Assembly: GCF_009914755.1 (NCBI RefSeq)
Contig: NC_060928.1
DNA length: 64,000 nucleotides
Reading direction: 5' to 3' (one strand)
Origin: the human T2T-CHM13v2.0 reference genome, Homo sapiens
Both the position numbers and the translations under genes were made by a program. This document shows positions 30,010 to 44,839 of the stretch, piece by piece. Every line of letters starts with the position of its first letter. The stretch's first letter is position 1. The notes under the pieces are model-generated. The model was not told where the DNA came from. It searched no databases and was given only the letters and a program-made list of their open reading frames with translations.

Positions 30010-33000
30010 CTTTAAAAAGAATTTTTTTTTAGCATTTCAATAATTTTGGGGGAACAGGTGGTTTTTGGTTACATGGATAAGTTCTTTAGTGGTGACTTAT
30101 AAGATTTTGGTGCACCAATCCCCCGAGCAATGTACAATGTACACAGTGTGTAGCCTTTTATCCCTCACCCCCTCTCAGTCTTCCCACTGAGTCCCCAAAG
30201 TTCATTATATCATTCTTATGCCTTTGCATCTTCATAGGTTAGCCCCCACTTATAAGTGAGAACGTACAATATTTGGTTTTCCATTCCTGAGTTACTTCAC
30301 TTAGAATAATGGTCTCCAATTTCATCCAGATTGCTGTAAATGTCATTATTTCATTCCTTTTTATGGCTGAGTAGTATTCCATGGTGTATATATACCACAT
30401 TTTCTTTATCCACTCTTTGGTTAATGGGCATTTAGGCTGGCTCCATATTTTTACAATTGTAAATTGCACTGCTATAAACATGCATGTGCAAGTATCTTTT
30501 TCATATAGTGACTTCTTTTACTCTGGGTAGATACTCAGTAGTGGGATTGCTGGATCAAATGGTGGTTCTACTTTTAGTTCTTTAAAGAATCTCCATACTG
30601 TTTTCCATAGTGGTTGTACTAGTTTACATTCCCACCAGTAGTGTAAAAGCATTCCCTTTTCACCACCATGATAACATCTATTGTATTTTGATTTTTTGAA
30701 TATGGCCATTCTTACAGGAGTGAGGTGGTATCTCATTGTGGTTTTGATTTGCATTTCCCTGATAATTAGTGATGTTGAGCATTTTTTTAATGTTTATTGG
30801 CCATTTGTATATCTTCTTCTTTTGAGAATTGTCTATTCATGTCCTTTGCCCACTTTTTGATGGGGTTATTTGTTTTTTTGTTGGTGATTTGTTTGAGTTC
30901 CTTGCAGATTCTGGATATTAGTCCTTCATCAGATGCATAGTTTGTGAAGATTTTATCCCAGTCTGTGGATTGTCTGTTTACTCTGCTGATTATTTCTTCT
31001 GCTATGCAGAGGATTTTTAGTTTAATTAATCTATTTATTTGTATTTTGTTGCATTTGTTTTTGAATTCTTGGTCATGAACTCTTTTCCTATGCCAATGTC
31101 TAGAAGAGTTTTTCCAGTGTTACCTTCTAGAGTTTTTATGGTTTCAGGTTTTAGATTTAAGGCTTTGATCCATCTTGAGTTGATTTTTTATAAAGTGAGA
31201 GATGAGGATAGAGTTTCATTCTTCTACATGTAATTTGCCAACTATCCCAGCATGATTTGTTGAATAGGGTGTCCTTTCCCCTCTTTATGTTTTCATAGGC
31301 TTTGTTGAAAATCAGTTGGCTGTAAGTATTTGGCTTTATTTCTGGGTTCTCTATTCTGTTCCATTGGTCTATGTGCCTGTTTTTATGACAGTATCATGCT
31401 ATTTTGGTGACTATAGCCTTGTAGTATAGTTTGAAGTCAGGCAATGTGATACCTCCAAACTTGTTCTTTTTTCTTAGTCTTGCTTTGGCTATGTGGGCTC
31501 TTTTTCTTTCCATATGAATTTTAGGATTGTTTTTTTCTAATTCTATGAAGAACAATGACAGTATTTTGATGGGAATTGCATTGAATCTGTAGACTGTTTT
31601 TGGCAGTATGGTCATTTTCACAAAATTGATTCTACTCATCCATGAGCATGGGATGTATTTCCTTTTGTTTGTGTCATCAATGATTTCTTTCAGTAGTGTT
31701 TTATAATTTTCCTTACAGAGATCTTTCACATCCTTGGTTGGATATATTCCTAAATATTTTATTTTTTTGCAGCTGTCGTAAAAGGGATTGAGTACTTGAT
31801 TTGATTCTCAGCTTGTTTGTTGTTGATGTATACCAGTGCTACTGATTTGTGTACATTGGTTTTTGTATCCTGAGACTTTACTGAATTCATTTATTAGATC
31901 TAGGAGCTTTTTGGATAAGTCTTTAGGGTTTTCTAAATAAAGGATTATGTCATCGGTGAACAGTGACAGTTTGACTTCCCTCTTTACTGATTTGGATGCT
32001 CTTTGTTTCTTTCTCTTGTCTGATTGCTCTGGCTAGGACTTTCAGTACTATGTTGAATAGAAGTGGTAAAAGTGGGCATCCTTGTCTTGTTCCAGTTCTC
32101 AGGGGAAATGCTTTCAATTTTTCCCAATTCAGTATAATGTTGGCTGTGGGTGTGTCATAGGTGGCTTTTATTACCTTGAGGTATGTTCCTTCTATGGCAA
32201 TTTTGCTGAGGGTTTTTATCATAAAACAATGCTGGATTTTGTTAAATCCATTTAATCCATTTTCTGCATCTATTGAAATGATCATATGGTTTTTGTTTTT
32301 ACTTCAGTTTATGTTATGTATCCCATTTATTGACTTGTGTGTGTTAAATCATCCCTGCATCCCTGATATGAAACTCACTTGATCATGATGTGTTATCTTT
32401 CTGATATGCTGTTGATTGATTTGGTGAGCAAGTGTTTTAAGGATTTTTGCATCTATGTTCATCAGAAATACTTGCCTGTAGTTTTCTTTTTTTTTGTTAT
32501 GTCGTTTCCTGGTTTAGGCAGTAGGGTGATACTGGCTTCATAGAATGATTTAGGAAGGATTCATTCTTTCTTCATCTTTTGCAGTAGTTTCAGTATTTTT
32601 GGTACTAATTCTTCTTTGAATGTCTGACAGAATTCAACTGTGAATCCATCTGGTCATGGACTTTTTTTTCTTGATATTTTTTAAATTACTTTTTAAATCT
32701 TGCTACTTGTTATTGATTTGTTCAGAGTTTCTATTTTTTCCAGATTTAATCTAGGAGGGTTGTATATTTCCAAGAATTTATACATCTCTAGATTTTCTAG
32801 TTTGTGCACATAAGGTGTTCATAATAGCCTTAAATGATCTTTTATTTCTGTGGTATCAGTTGTGATATCTCTCATTTCATTTCTAATTCAGTTTGTTTGG
32901 ATCTTCTGTCTTCTTTTCTCAGTTATTCTCATTAATGGTCTATCAATTTTGTTTATCTTTTCCAAGAACCAGCTTTTTGTTTCATTTATCTTTTATATAT

Positions 33001-33600
33001 TTTTGCTGTTGTTGTTTAAATTTCATTTAATTCTGTCCTGATCTTTGTTATTTCTTTTCTTATGCTGGGTTTGATTTGTTTTCTTTCTCTAGTTCTTTGA
33101 AGTGTCACCTTAGATTGTCTATTTGTGCTCTTTCAGACTTTTTGATGTAGGCATTTAATGCTATGAACGTTCCTCTTAACACTGCTTTTGCTATATCCCA
33201 AAGGTTTTGATAAGTTGTATCATTATTATTGTTTAGCTCAAAGATTTTAAAATTTCCATCTTGATTTCATTGTTGACCCAAAGATCATTCAAGAGCAGAT
33301 TATTTAATTTCCATGTATTTGTCTATTTTTGAGGATTCTTTTTGGAGTTAATTTCCAGTTTTATTCCACTGTGGTCTAAGAGGATACTTGATATGATTTG
33401 GATTTTCTTAAATTTATTGAGACTTATTTTGTGGTCTGTCACATATGCTATCTTGGAGAAGGTTCTAAGTGCTGATGAAAAAAATGTGCATTCTGCAGTT
33501 GTTGGGTAGAATGTTCTGTAAATATCTGTTAAGTTCATTTGTTCTAGGATATAGTTTAAGTCCATTGTTTCTTTGTTGACTTTCTGTCTTGATGACCTGC
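30010..33600 (-). mobile_element. L1PB-type element, ORF2 plus 3'UTR
   Basis: Several minus-strand ORF2 fragments covering the EN C-terminal part, RT and C-terminus. Confidence 0.95.
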
Positions 33601-34948
33601 CAACTACATAGGAGACAGTGAACTCACCCACACACCAAAAATATAACTACTACATCCAGTATCTGGGAAAACCAGTGCACAAAGACTCTCTGTAACTAAG
33701 GTTCTCATATACAGACTTCATCCTTACAAGCACCAACAATCATGTTAGGTTAAAATAAATATTAAATCTGATCCTTAAGAGGGGAAAAACAACAATAACC
33801 CCCTCCCAAAAAAACCACAGTCCAATCAAAAATAAATTCAAGAACAATTTAAGAACTAATCTACCCAAATGAGAAGAAACCAGAAAAGTAATTATGGTGA
33901 TATGACAAAATAGTGTTGTATAACATCCTCAAAGATCACACTAGCTCCTCAAAAATGAATTCAAACCAAGAAGAAATCTCTGGATTGCCAGATAAAGAAC
34001 TCAGAAGGTTGATTATTAAGCTACTCAAGGAGATACCAGAGAAAGGTGAAAATCAACTTAAAGAAATAAAAAATACAAGATATGGATAAAAAATTATCCA
34101 GAGAAATAGATATCCTAAAGAAAATCAATCACAACTTCTGGAAATGAAAGACACACTTAGAGAAATACAAGATGCAGTGGAAAGTTTCAACAATAGACTA
34201 GAACAAGTAGAAAAAAAGAACTTCAGAGCTCAAAGACAAGGCTTTTGAATTAACCTAATCAGACAAAAAAAAAGGATTAAAAAAATGAACAAATCTCCAA
34301 AAAATTTCAGATTGTGTTAAATGGTTAAACCTAAGAACAGTTGGTGTTCCTGAGGAAGAAGATAAATCTAAAAGTTTGGAAAACTTATTTGAGAAAATAA
34401 TTGAAGAAAACGTCCCTGGCCTTGCTAGAGATCTAGACATCCAAATACAAGAAGCTCAAAGAACTCCTGGGAAATTCCGTCACCTAGGCACATAGTCATC
34501 GGGTTATCTAAAGCCAAGACGAAGGAAAGAATCTAAAGAGCTGTGAGACAAAATCATCAGGTAACCCATAAAGGAAAATTTATCAGATTAACGGTTAATT
34601 TCTCAGCAGAAATCTTATAAGCCAAAAGGGATTGGGTTCCTATCTTTGGCCTCCTTAACCAAAATAATTTTTAATCAAGAATTTTGTATCCAGCAAAACT
34701 AAGCTTCATAAATGGAGAGATAAAGTCTTTTTCAGACAAACAAATGCTGAGAGAAATTGCCACCATCAAGCCTGCACTACAAGAAATGCTAAAAGGAGTT
34801 CTGAATCTTGAAACAAAACTTCAAAATATACCAAAACAGAACCTCCTTAAAGCATAAATCCAACAAGGCCTATAGAACAATAATACAATGAAAAAAACAA
34901 GATGTTTAGGCAACAACTAGCATGATGAATAGAACAGTATCTCACATA
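33601..34948 (+). mobile_element. Inverted 5' segment of the same L1 (5'UTR end, ORF1, start of ORF2)
   Basis: atgagaagaaaccagaaaag ORF1 start; ORF1 motifs ttctcagcagaaa, tatccagcaaaactaagcttcataaatg. Confidence 0.85.
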
Positions 34949-34962
34949 GTTTATGTGAGATA

Positions 34963-35318
34963 TGCTGTGGTCTGAATATTTGTGTCCCCCTGCAAAATTC
35001 GTATGTGGAAACCTAATCTCTAATGCAATAGTAATTAAGGGATGGTGTCTTTAGAAGGTTATTAGGTCATGCTTTGCTTTCGGTGGGATTAGTTCCCTTT
35101 CAAAAGAGCCCTGAATGAAGGCGCTTGATTGCCCCTTCTACCATGTGAAGACTCAGCAAGAAGGGGCCACCTATGAGGAAGGGAGTTCTCACCAGACACT
35201 GAATCTGCCAATTCCTTGATCTTGGGCATCCCAGCCCTAGAACTGTAAGAAATAAATTTCTGTTGTTGATAAACCACCCAGTTTATGGTATTTTGTTATA
35301 TCAGCCTGAACTAAGAAA
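34963..35318 (+). mobile_element. MLT1A-type LTR
   Basis: tgtggtctgaatatttgtgtcccc..cagccctagaactgtaagaaataaatttctgttg. Confidence 0.88.
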
Positions 35319-35600
35319 AGCCATCAAAACTTCTGCTGTGATTAGTTTATCTTCCTTATCTGAATTTATCTTAAAAATTTATTATTTTATCACATTTTTG
35401 GTAGTAGTTGATGAAATCATGTATCTCTTATGTTTAGTTAGCATCTGTTGGTTTATATCTAACATTTCATAATTTTTTATACTAAATGAACAATTTGGAA
35501 ATGCACAAATATTAACAGTTTCCAGAGGATTTTTTCCCTCATTTAATAAATATCCACTGTTCAGAAAATTTATTACAAAATTTACACTTACATTTTGGCG
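35319..35600 (-). pseudogene. N-terminal (BED zinc-finger-like) part of the same hAT transposase
   Basis: Minus frame CAFPNCSFSIKNYEMLDINQQMLTKHKRYM..**IFKINSDKEDKLITAEVLMA. Confidence 0.6.
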
Positions 35601-35679
35601 TTTTGATGTTCAAAGATACACAAATTCAAACGAAGAGCAGCCACCACTAGAATTGAAAGGACTGAATTTGATAACCTAA

Positions 35680-36600
35680 CAGTAACAATAATATGTCACT
35701 CACAAATCAGAACTCATAGCTAATCATAAACAGGGACTGAAATGTTGAAAGACCAACTAGCAATAAATTGAACTCAGTATCAGATGTAAAAAAGGTGAAC
35801 TTTCCCTTTGCCTACAAGGTAGATCTGTAGCAAGACACAGTCTTTCCAAATTGTTGGTTAGGGAAGCCTGACATTCAGGAATTGATGGACTTTCAGATGT
35901 TTTAATGTGGTCACTAGAGTAAGGCATTTACTGATTGGCTATTATCTAGAGGCATAGACTTGTCATGATTAGCTGAATTCCAGAGCTTGGGCCATTGATT
36001 TCCTAACTTTTGGAAACAGTTACTGGTGCAAGGAAGTTGCTGATTGGCTGATTTTCAGAGCATGTGTACAGATCTGTTACTGCTAATTAATGGTGGTTAT
36101 TTGTTCATGAGTTGGGCCATTAGCCAAAGGACAGTCTTCCTCTTTTGAGTATGAAAAATAAGTATTTTAATTTTCAGTTCCCCCTTTTGGTCTGTCCTCA
36201 GCCAAGCCTGCAAGAGGAATCTTAAAGGATTGTCCAGATTTTTATTTGTGGAGGTATGACTTTTTAGCTAGTGTTACCATTTAAGATTCAAGCACCAATA
36301 ACTGTGGCAGAAAACTAACTACAAACTTTTTGTAGTTATTGGAAAAACAACTGAATACAGGACATTTAAGCCATCCTGGCAAAGCCAATATAGGACTCAG
36401 GACAAAATCATTTAGTACAGGACACCTCTTGTATATACAGGACGCCTGGAAATCAGATGCTGGCTATATCTCAGGCCTGCATCTCTGTGATATTCCCAGA
36501 ACAGATTGTGCTTCAGCTTCTTTGAGTTCTCAGAGGAGAGTGAGTGGCCCAAGCTGAAGCTGGATCATTTGAGAAGTTCAAAGCCAGACTAAACAACTAC
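35680..36600 (-). mobile_element. Probable old ERV LTR plus adjacent 3' internal sequence
   Basis: Antisense polypurine tract tcccccttttgg at ~36179 next to ..ttca; repeated tgattggct (CCAAT) motifs. Family not identified. Confidence 0.4.
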
Positions 36601-36909
36601 TGAAAAGTTTGAATCAAAGTAGTGCCATAATTAGATTTGATTTTAGAAAGTTTTTTTTGGTATTTATATGGGAGATTTGGGATAGGCAGAAGCAGAGACT
36701 GGTGACAAATGAGTCTATTAGGAGGCTCAACACCCACGATGGGAGTAAGAATGGAAGCCATTAAACTTCTGTTTTTACCAAAGATTAGTAATTTACTTAT
36801 AATACTGAATAAAATAACGTATCAAAGTTTTGGGGTTTAATTTAAAATATATCACTTTCCAACAATTCTAAGAAAGTTTATGACAAGCACAGGACTTGGA
36901 CTTGGTGAA

Positions 36910-37222
36910 TATATTATTCTAGGTTCTCTTGAGAAGCAGAACCAATTGGATGCATGTATATACATAGAGAGGATTGTTTAGAGTTCCCACACTTGGTTTT
37001 TGAGGCTGGTAAGCCCAAAACTTGCAGAATGAGCAGATAGACTGGAGGCCTAGGGAAGAGCTGATGTTGTGGTTCAAGTTCAAAACTGGCTGTTGAAGAA
37101 TTCCTCCTTGCCTGAGGGAGATCAGTCTTTTGTTTTATTCAGACCTTCAGCTGGCTGCATGAGACCCATCCATATTATGAAGGGAAGTCTGCTTTACTAA
37201 AAATCCCCCAATTTAAATGTTA
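36910..37222 (-). mobile_element. MLT2 (ERVL) LTR
   Basis: ggttctcttgagaagcagaaccaat..tagggaagagctgatgttg..agggaagtctgctttact. Confidence 0.8.
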
Positions 37223-38924
37223 CTCGTATTTCCCAAATTAATATTGTATCTGTCTTCTGAATTGCAGTGTCATTAATCCAATATTGAGAAATTGAATTGA
37301 AGATTTTTGCCTTTTAAACTTCCGCCAATCAAAGACACCCAGCAGGGATGTTGTAAATCTGCATATGCAGTGAACTTCTACTCAAATGCCTTCTGCTGGT
37401 TTTGTGAACAGGTCTTGCACCAATTTAAAGTAATTTGAGTTGGATGATCCTCTGTGGCTATGCTGCTATTACTATTCTTGCCTTAGTTTTGCTATTTGGC
37501 TCAGTGATGTTCATCCAAATTGAAGAAAACAGGAAGGCAAATGGTTCAAAATCATGGTAATAGAATAGCTAACTAGGTGAAGAGTTCAATTTCAAACTCT
37601 TTCCTTAGGAACAGAGTAATTGATTCTAATTAAGGGTTTTTAAAGAACTTACTTAGTTACTAAATTGAGGTAGATTTCTGAGTTCTGATCTTAAATTTTA
37701 GGTAATTGTTCAGTTTCCACAACAAATTGGGGTTTATGTTTCCTTTTGGCAATTCCTTACTATAAAGCCTTAGTTTTAGCTTCTCAATTTACAGGATTTG
37801 AAATGGAGCTGGCAGAAACGGGTTAATTACTTCTTTTTTTCAAAACCAGCTTTACTGAGATATAAATGCTGAGATGCACAAGAAACTGCGCATATTTAAA
37901 GTGTACAATTTGATAAGTTTTGTTGTAGGCAAACAGCCATGAAACCATCACCACAATCAAGACAATGAAAAGTCTCCATTCAAGTTTCCTTGTGGTCCTT
38001 TATAACTCCTTCCTCCCACTCCTTCCCCCTTGACCTCAGGCATCCACTGATCTATTTTCTGTCACTATAGATTAAAACGTGTGGTAAGTAGAATTTTAAG
38101 ATAAGCCCCAATGTCCCTCACCCTTATATAATCCCCTTCCCTTTGAGTGGGAGTGGAACCTGTAAGTACAATGAGATATCATTCCCATGGTTATGTCTTA
38201 TTATGTGGCAAAAGTGATTAGGCAGATGTAATTAAGTTTACTAATAAATTGACCTTAAAGGAAAACCTGAGTGAGTCTAACCTAACCTAATGAGCCCTCT
38301 TTTTCTTTTGAAAAATTACTTTGGCTATTCTAATTCCCTTGCATTTCCATGAGAATTTTAGAATAACTTTCCAAATTTCTTCATGGATTTTAATTGGCAT
38401 TGTATTGAATCTATAGATAAACTTTTGGAGACTTGACATCTTAGTATTGAGTTTTTTGACCCATTATCATGTTATAGATCTTGATTTATTTAAATAGTCT
38501 TTAACTTCTCTCAGCAATATTTGCAGTTTTTCAATGTTCAAGTCTTCAGATTTATCACTACATATTGTACTGTTGATGAAATTATAAACTGATTGTTTTT
38601 AATTTAAATGTTTGATTGTTAATTGCTAGCAAATAGAAATTTTTTTATTATTGATATCATATCCTATAACCTTACTTAACTCACTTATTAGTTCTAGTAA
38701 CCTTTTTGTATATTCACTTGGATGCTCTACATAGATGATCATATTGTCCGCGAAATAAAGACGATTTAACTTCTTCTTCTTTTCCAATCTGAATGCCTTT
38801 TATTTCTTTTCTTTCTTAGAAACTCAAGAACAATATTGAATAGAAATGGTGAGAGCAGATATATTTGCCTTGCTTCTGATACTGGGGGAAAGCATTCAGT
38901 AGGTAAGCATTAAGTATGATGTTA

Positions 38925-39491
38925 TTAGGTTGGTGCAAAAGTAAGTGCGGTTTTGCCATTAAAAGTAATTGCCCATTCAGTATGATATTGGCTGAGGGTT
39001 TGTCATAAAACTTATTGCGGCACTATTCACAATAGCAAAGACTTGGAACCAAGCCAAATGTCCAACAATGATAGACTGGATTAAGAAAATGTGGCACATA
39101 TACACCATGGAATACTATGCAGCCATAAAAAATGATGAGTTCATATCCTTTGTAGGGACATGGATGAAGCTGGAAACCATCATTCTCAGCAAACTATCGC
39201 AAGGACAAAAAACCAAACACCGCATGTTCTCACTCATAAGTGGGAATTGAACAATGAGAACACATGGACACAGGAAGGGGAACATCACACACCGGGGCCT
39301 GTTGTGGGGTGGGGGGAGGGATAGCATTAGAAGATATGCCTAATGTTAAATGACGAGTTAATGGGTGCAGCACACCAACATGGCACATGAATACATATGT
39401 ACTAACCTTCATGTTGTGCACATGTACCCTAAAACTTAAAGTATAAAAAAAAAAAAAGTAATTGCAAAAAACACAATTACTTTTGCACCAA
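38925..39491. mobile_element. MADE1 mariner MITE split by a short L1PA insertion (38973-39457)
   Basis: ttaggttggtgcaaaagtaa..cattaaaagtaattgc [L1] aaaagtaattgc..aattacttttgcaccaa; TSD aaaagtaattgc. Confidence 0.92.
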
Positions 39492-39558
39492 AAGATGCCT
39501 TTTATCAGGTTGAGGAAGTTCCCTTCTATTCTTAGATAGCTGAGAGCTTTTGTTTATT

Positions 39559-40173
<615 letters not shown>

Positions 40174-40206
40174 TTATGTGGTTTTCTGTCTTTGTTAATA
40201 TGGTGA

Positions 40207-40512
<306 letters not shown>

Positions 40513-42999
40513 ACGTTGATTAATTTTTAAATGTTAAGTCAGCCTTGCACACCTGGAATAAATTTTACTTGCTCATCATGTATTATCTTTTAAAAACATA
40601 TTATTGGGTTTGATTCACTAACATTATATTTAAAAATTTTGTATTAACATTTATGATGGATATAGGTCAGTAGTAGTATATGCTTATAACATTTTTGGTT
40701 TTGGTATTGGGATAATGTTGGCATCATATAATGAGCTGTGAAGTATTTTCTCCTTCTCAATTTTCTGGAGGAGTTTGTGTAGGATTGGAATGATACCTTC
40801 CTTAAATACGTCATAGAATTTGTCAGTGAAACCATTTGGGCAGCAAGAATTCTACCACTGAACAACCAATGCCTCTCAAGTGAAACCATCTGGGCCCAAA
40901 GTTTTCTCTCTGGGCAAGTTTTAAACTATGAATTTAATTTCTTTAATAGATACGGGGCAATTGAAGTTATCTATTTTTCCTTGAGTGAGCTTTGTTGGTT
41001 TTAAGGAATCTACCCACTTTGTCTAAGTTTTTAATTTATTAACATAAAGATGTTCCTAGTATTTCCTTATTATCCCTTATAGAATATTTATAGAATGTCT
41101 ATAAAATCTGTAGAATTGTCATTTCTCTCATTCCTGATATTGCTCATTTGTGTCTTCTCCTTTATTTCCCTCATTAGTCTGGAAAGAATCTCCTAAATTT
41201 TATTGAACTTCTCAAAGAATCAGCTTTGGTTTCACTGACTGTCTCTATTGTTTTTCTGTTTTCTATTTAATTAATTTCAGTTCTGATCTTTATTATTTCC
41301 TTTTCTCTACATACTTTGAACTTAATTTTTCCTTCTTTGGTGGAAAATGAGGTCATTGTTTCAAAACTTCTTCTCTTCATATATGGTTATTTAGTGCTAT
41401 AATTTCATCCTAAATAACTGCTTTAGTGACATCCCACAGATTTTGATATGCTATGCTTTCATTTTCAGTCATCCCATATATTTTGAATTTCCCTTTTGGT
41501 TTCTTCTTTCACCCATTGACTATTTATGAGTGTTCCACTTAGCCTTAAAATACTTGCGGTTTTCCAGAATTCTTTTGTTATTGATTTCTGATTGCCTTCC
41601 ATTGTGGTCAGTAAACATAATTTGTACGACTTGAATTCTTTTAAATTTATTGAGATTCATTTTGGGGCTCAGAATACGTTCTATCTTGGTAAATGGTGCA
41701 GGTACACTTGAAAAGAATGTTTATTCTTCTGTTGTTGGATGAAGTCGTCTGTAAATGTCAATTAGATCAAGTTGGATGATACTTCTGTTTAAAGGTTGTA
41801 TATCCATTATATTTTTCTTTCAATTATTAATAGATGGCTATTGAAATCTCTAACCATAATTCATGTTAATTCAAATTAAGGAAAAGAAAGGCAGGTTTAG
41901 TTCACCAACCTCCACTGATGAATGTGTGTGTGGGTAAGGGTGTCACTCCCATAAGTGACTCGAGCCTTGTTAAAAGTTCTTAGGCCCTTTAATCTGCCCA
42001 AGTAAACATGCTATATGAATAAAAACAAAGCATTCACTATGAAAACAGCTTCAAGGCAAATTTCCTTCCCATTCAATTCACTTCCTTTTAACCTTACTTT
42101 TTCCCTACATATAAAGCTTTATTTGTATATAAATACCATATATTTTTGTATATATAGTTTCTGGAGATACCACTGTTGCATAGTGATATAGCATTAGTGG
42201 TCTTATGTGTTTCACCTTCTTTAATATTGTAACACAAAAATTGGCATATTCCTGAAAATTCTAAACAAGTATATAGAGAAAGACGGTCAAGTTTTTGAAT
42301 GCATGAATTGAAGAAATAGTTTAGGGATTACCTGCATTATAGTACATCTAGGGTTCAAGAGAATGGTGCACTCATGTTGCAAAACTTGTTAGACATAAAG
42401 TCTAGTTTTCTACTTTGCATTCTGCAGCTAACACAGATAATTGAGAGATAATGGACAGCTAAATCTGTTGTCTTTATGCACCTTTGGACATCTTGCTACT
42501 TTTGACATTTTCAATGTCTGTTTTTGAAATGTAGTTTGAATACTCAATTGATAGATTTTTAAGCTTTTATGTCACTGCTTATTTCAGTTAAATCAGAGAG
42601 ATTTCAGGGGAGTTACTGTTTATAGATTGTTAAAGATCCCTCAGGCAACGTCAAGGCTGCTGCATGTGGACAGTTTCTTGAATTATAGCACAGAAACTTT
42701 AATACCTACCTCAAGAATGATAGGGGTCTTAAATAGGCAGTCATATTTACTAAAGAAACCTAGAGTTTTCTTAGATTGCCAACCTTGGTAAGACAAGAAA
42801 TGTCAGGGTGACAGAGTTTAAGTGGCTCTTTTCAGGTATCTTACACTGATTCTCTATATTTAAGATGTGAAACAGCCTCATAGGAGCTGTTTAATTAAGT
42901 GAAAGTAAGTCTAGTCCTTTTGGAACCGAACGGTTCAGTGAGCAAATACATATCACCAAGTGAAGGAAGTGGGGAAGTTATTATGTGCTTCATAGACTC

Positions 43000-43094
43000 G
43001 ATGACACTTTATAACCCCATATCAGGGATCCTAAACAGTGATTGGTTGAGAAAATTATCAAACTGAGTTTAAATTTCGGCAAGTACAAAATTGT
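43000..43094 (+). promoter_or_regulatory. DSPP: DSPP proximal promoter: inverted CCAAT (ATTGG 43041-43045) and TATA-like TTTAAA (43068-43073)
   Basis: Motifs seen directly at suitable spacing from exon 1, in non-repetitive sequence. Confidence 0.7.
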
Positions 43095-43187
43095 CATGCA
43101 AAAGTCCAGGACAGTGGGCCACTTTCAGTCTTCAAAGAGAAAGATAAGAAATTCTGGATTTTCAAAATCCTTTTGAAGCCTTTTAAG
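43095..43187 (+). other. DSPP: DSPP non-coding exon 1 (5' end approximate)
   Basis: Strong donor AAG/GTAAGA at 43188, downstream of ATTGG and TTTAAA boxes; agrees with the recalled DSPP 5'UTR joining to CCATTGATT at 45448. Confidence 0.85.
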
Positions 43188-44839
43188 GTAAGATGAAATA
43201 TCCTTTTTACTCAGAACCAACTGATTCATTTAGAAAGAACTTTGAATTTCAAAGATGAAGCCAGTTTGATTTTAAGAAGCGAGTACCCCTTAATGATTAG
43301 ATTGTATGCTTCCTTTTTGACTTGTCATATTGATAGTATGTATAAAAGATAACGGACAATTACGACCTAAGGAAGAGATAGATTGGGAAGAAGAAAGACC
43401 TCGTACTGAAAAATTGGCCAACTGAGGTGGAAATTTGACAATTAACTATCTGGGCACTTTGATTAGTTTTGATAAAAAATGAGATAACTCAGATTTCAAA
43501 AATCCACCTTGGGCTTTCAAACAAGGCTTCAATTAGGCTTTGCTTTTTAGTATTTTATTACTTACTATTACTTATTATTTATTGTCCCACATGAAATGAA
43601 ATTTAGCAATCACTAATGATGCCAAATCTAATTGCTAAATGAAATGAAGCTAAATCTCATTTCATTAGTAACAATAAATGAAATAATCTGATGGAGCTTC
43701 ACAAATTCTGAAGTCTTTGTTTCATGCTGAGATCACCTGGGCCATTTTTATTGTAGTCTTCGAAGTCATTCACCTGCCTTGGAAACGGTGATAACCATCA
43801 TGGAATTGTTCAGGAGTGGAGCTGAAAGAGAGATGTAGTGGTCAGATTTCTGAACTGTAGCTCAGAAACTGGACACGCATCACTCTGGCCTTGGCTGCAG
43901 GTACCTTTCCAGTATGCTGAGGCTCTTCCAAATCACAGTGCAGACGGGCCTTCTGCAGAGCTATGTAATGATTAGGCTTGGGACTGCAAAGTACAGGATA
44001 ACTGTGGCTTAGTAAACAGCTGGCCTTCAACATCTGTGCCCCAGAGCTCTGCATGATACTTGTCCTGGTGTCACCTCAGCCTCACTTGAATCTATGGCAT
44101 TTCAGAAGGAGCTCTAGCTGTTCTTGGCTTTCTGTTGAACAGCTATAAGAATGAGCACTTTTTTCCCCCTCAGTAGCTCTGGAACTGTGTCATCTCTCCT
44201 GTGAGAAAACGCCAGTAATTCTCATGACAGTTGATATTCAGTGAAGTTTTATTATATTTTCACTACCACCATTAAATTCAATCAAAGCCATTTTATGACA
44301 TGCAGCATTATAATCTATACATCTGGTGGGAGTTCATGAAATAGGAGTAAAACTCTCCTTTCTATCATTACTTCAAGAAATCCAACTTGCAATATAAATT
44401 AATTTTTTTACTCACACAGATTATAAAATGTCTATTCCAACTTATCAGAAACATGTTTTAGACCATTTCTGAATTTGAATTCTAACAGGGATGAAGAATC
44501 ATGATTTTAGAAGTCCCATAAAATAATTGCTATCATTTATTCAAAAATTGCAAAGTGCCTGAAGCAATGCTAGATATTGCTGATAGTCATAAATATTTAT
44601 CAACAACATTCAGAAAACGTTTTTTTCTGTGCTTTGCATTGGAATACAATAATCACCAAGACACTCTCCTGGGCCTCAGGAGCTTACAGGAAATCAGGGC
44701 AACACATAAGTAACTAGGCAATTTTAAACAGTGCAATGCGTTACCAGTGAGACGTGCAAACTTCCTTGGTATAAAAAGGAAAGAGATACCAAATACCCTT
44801 TGAAGTGGCGTCAGAGAGGGCTTCTCAGAGATAATTCTA

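Noticed and set aside
36300-37830. Possible retroviral env remnant
   Set aside because: Translations are only vaguely env-like, with no clear immunosuppressive-domain or CX6CC motif.
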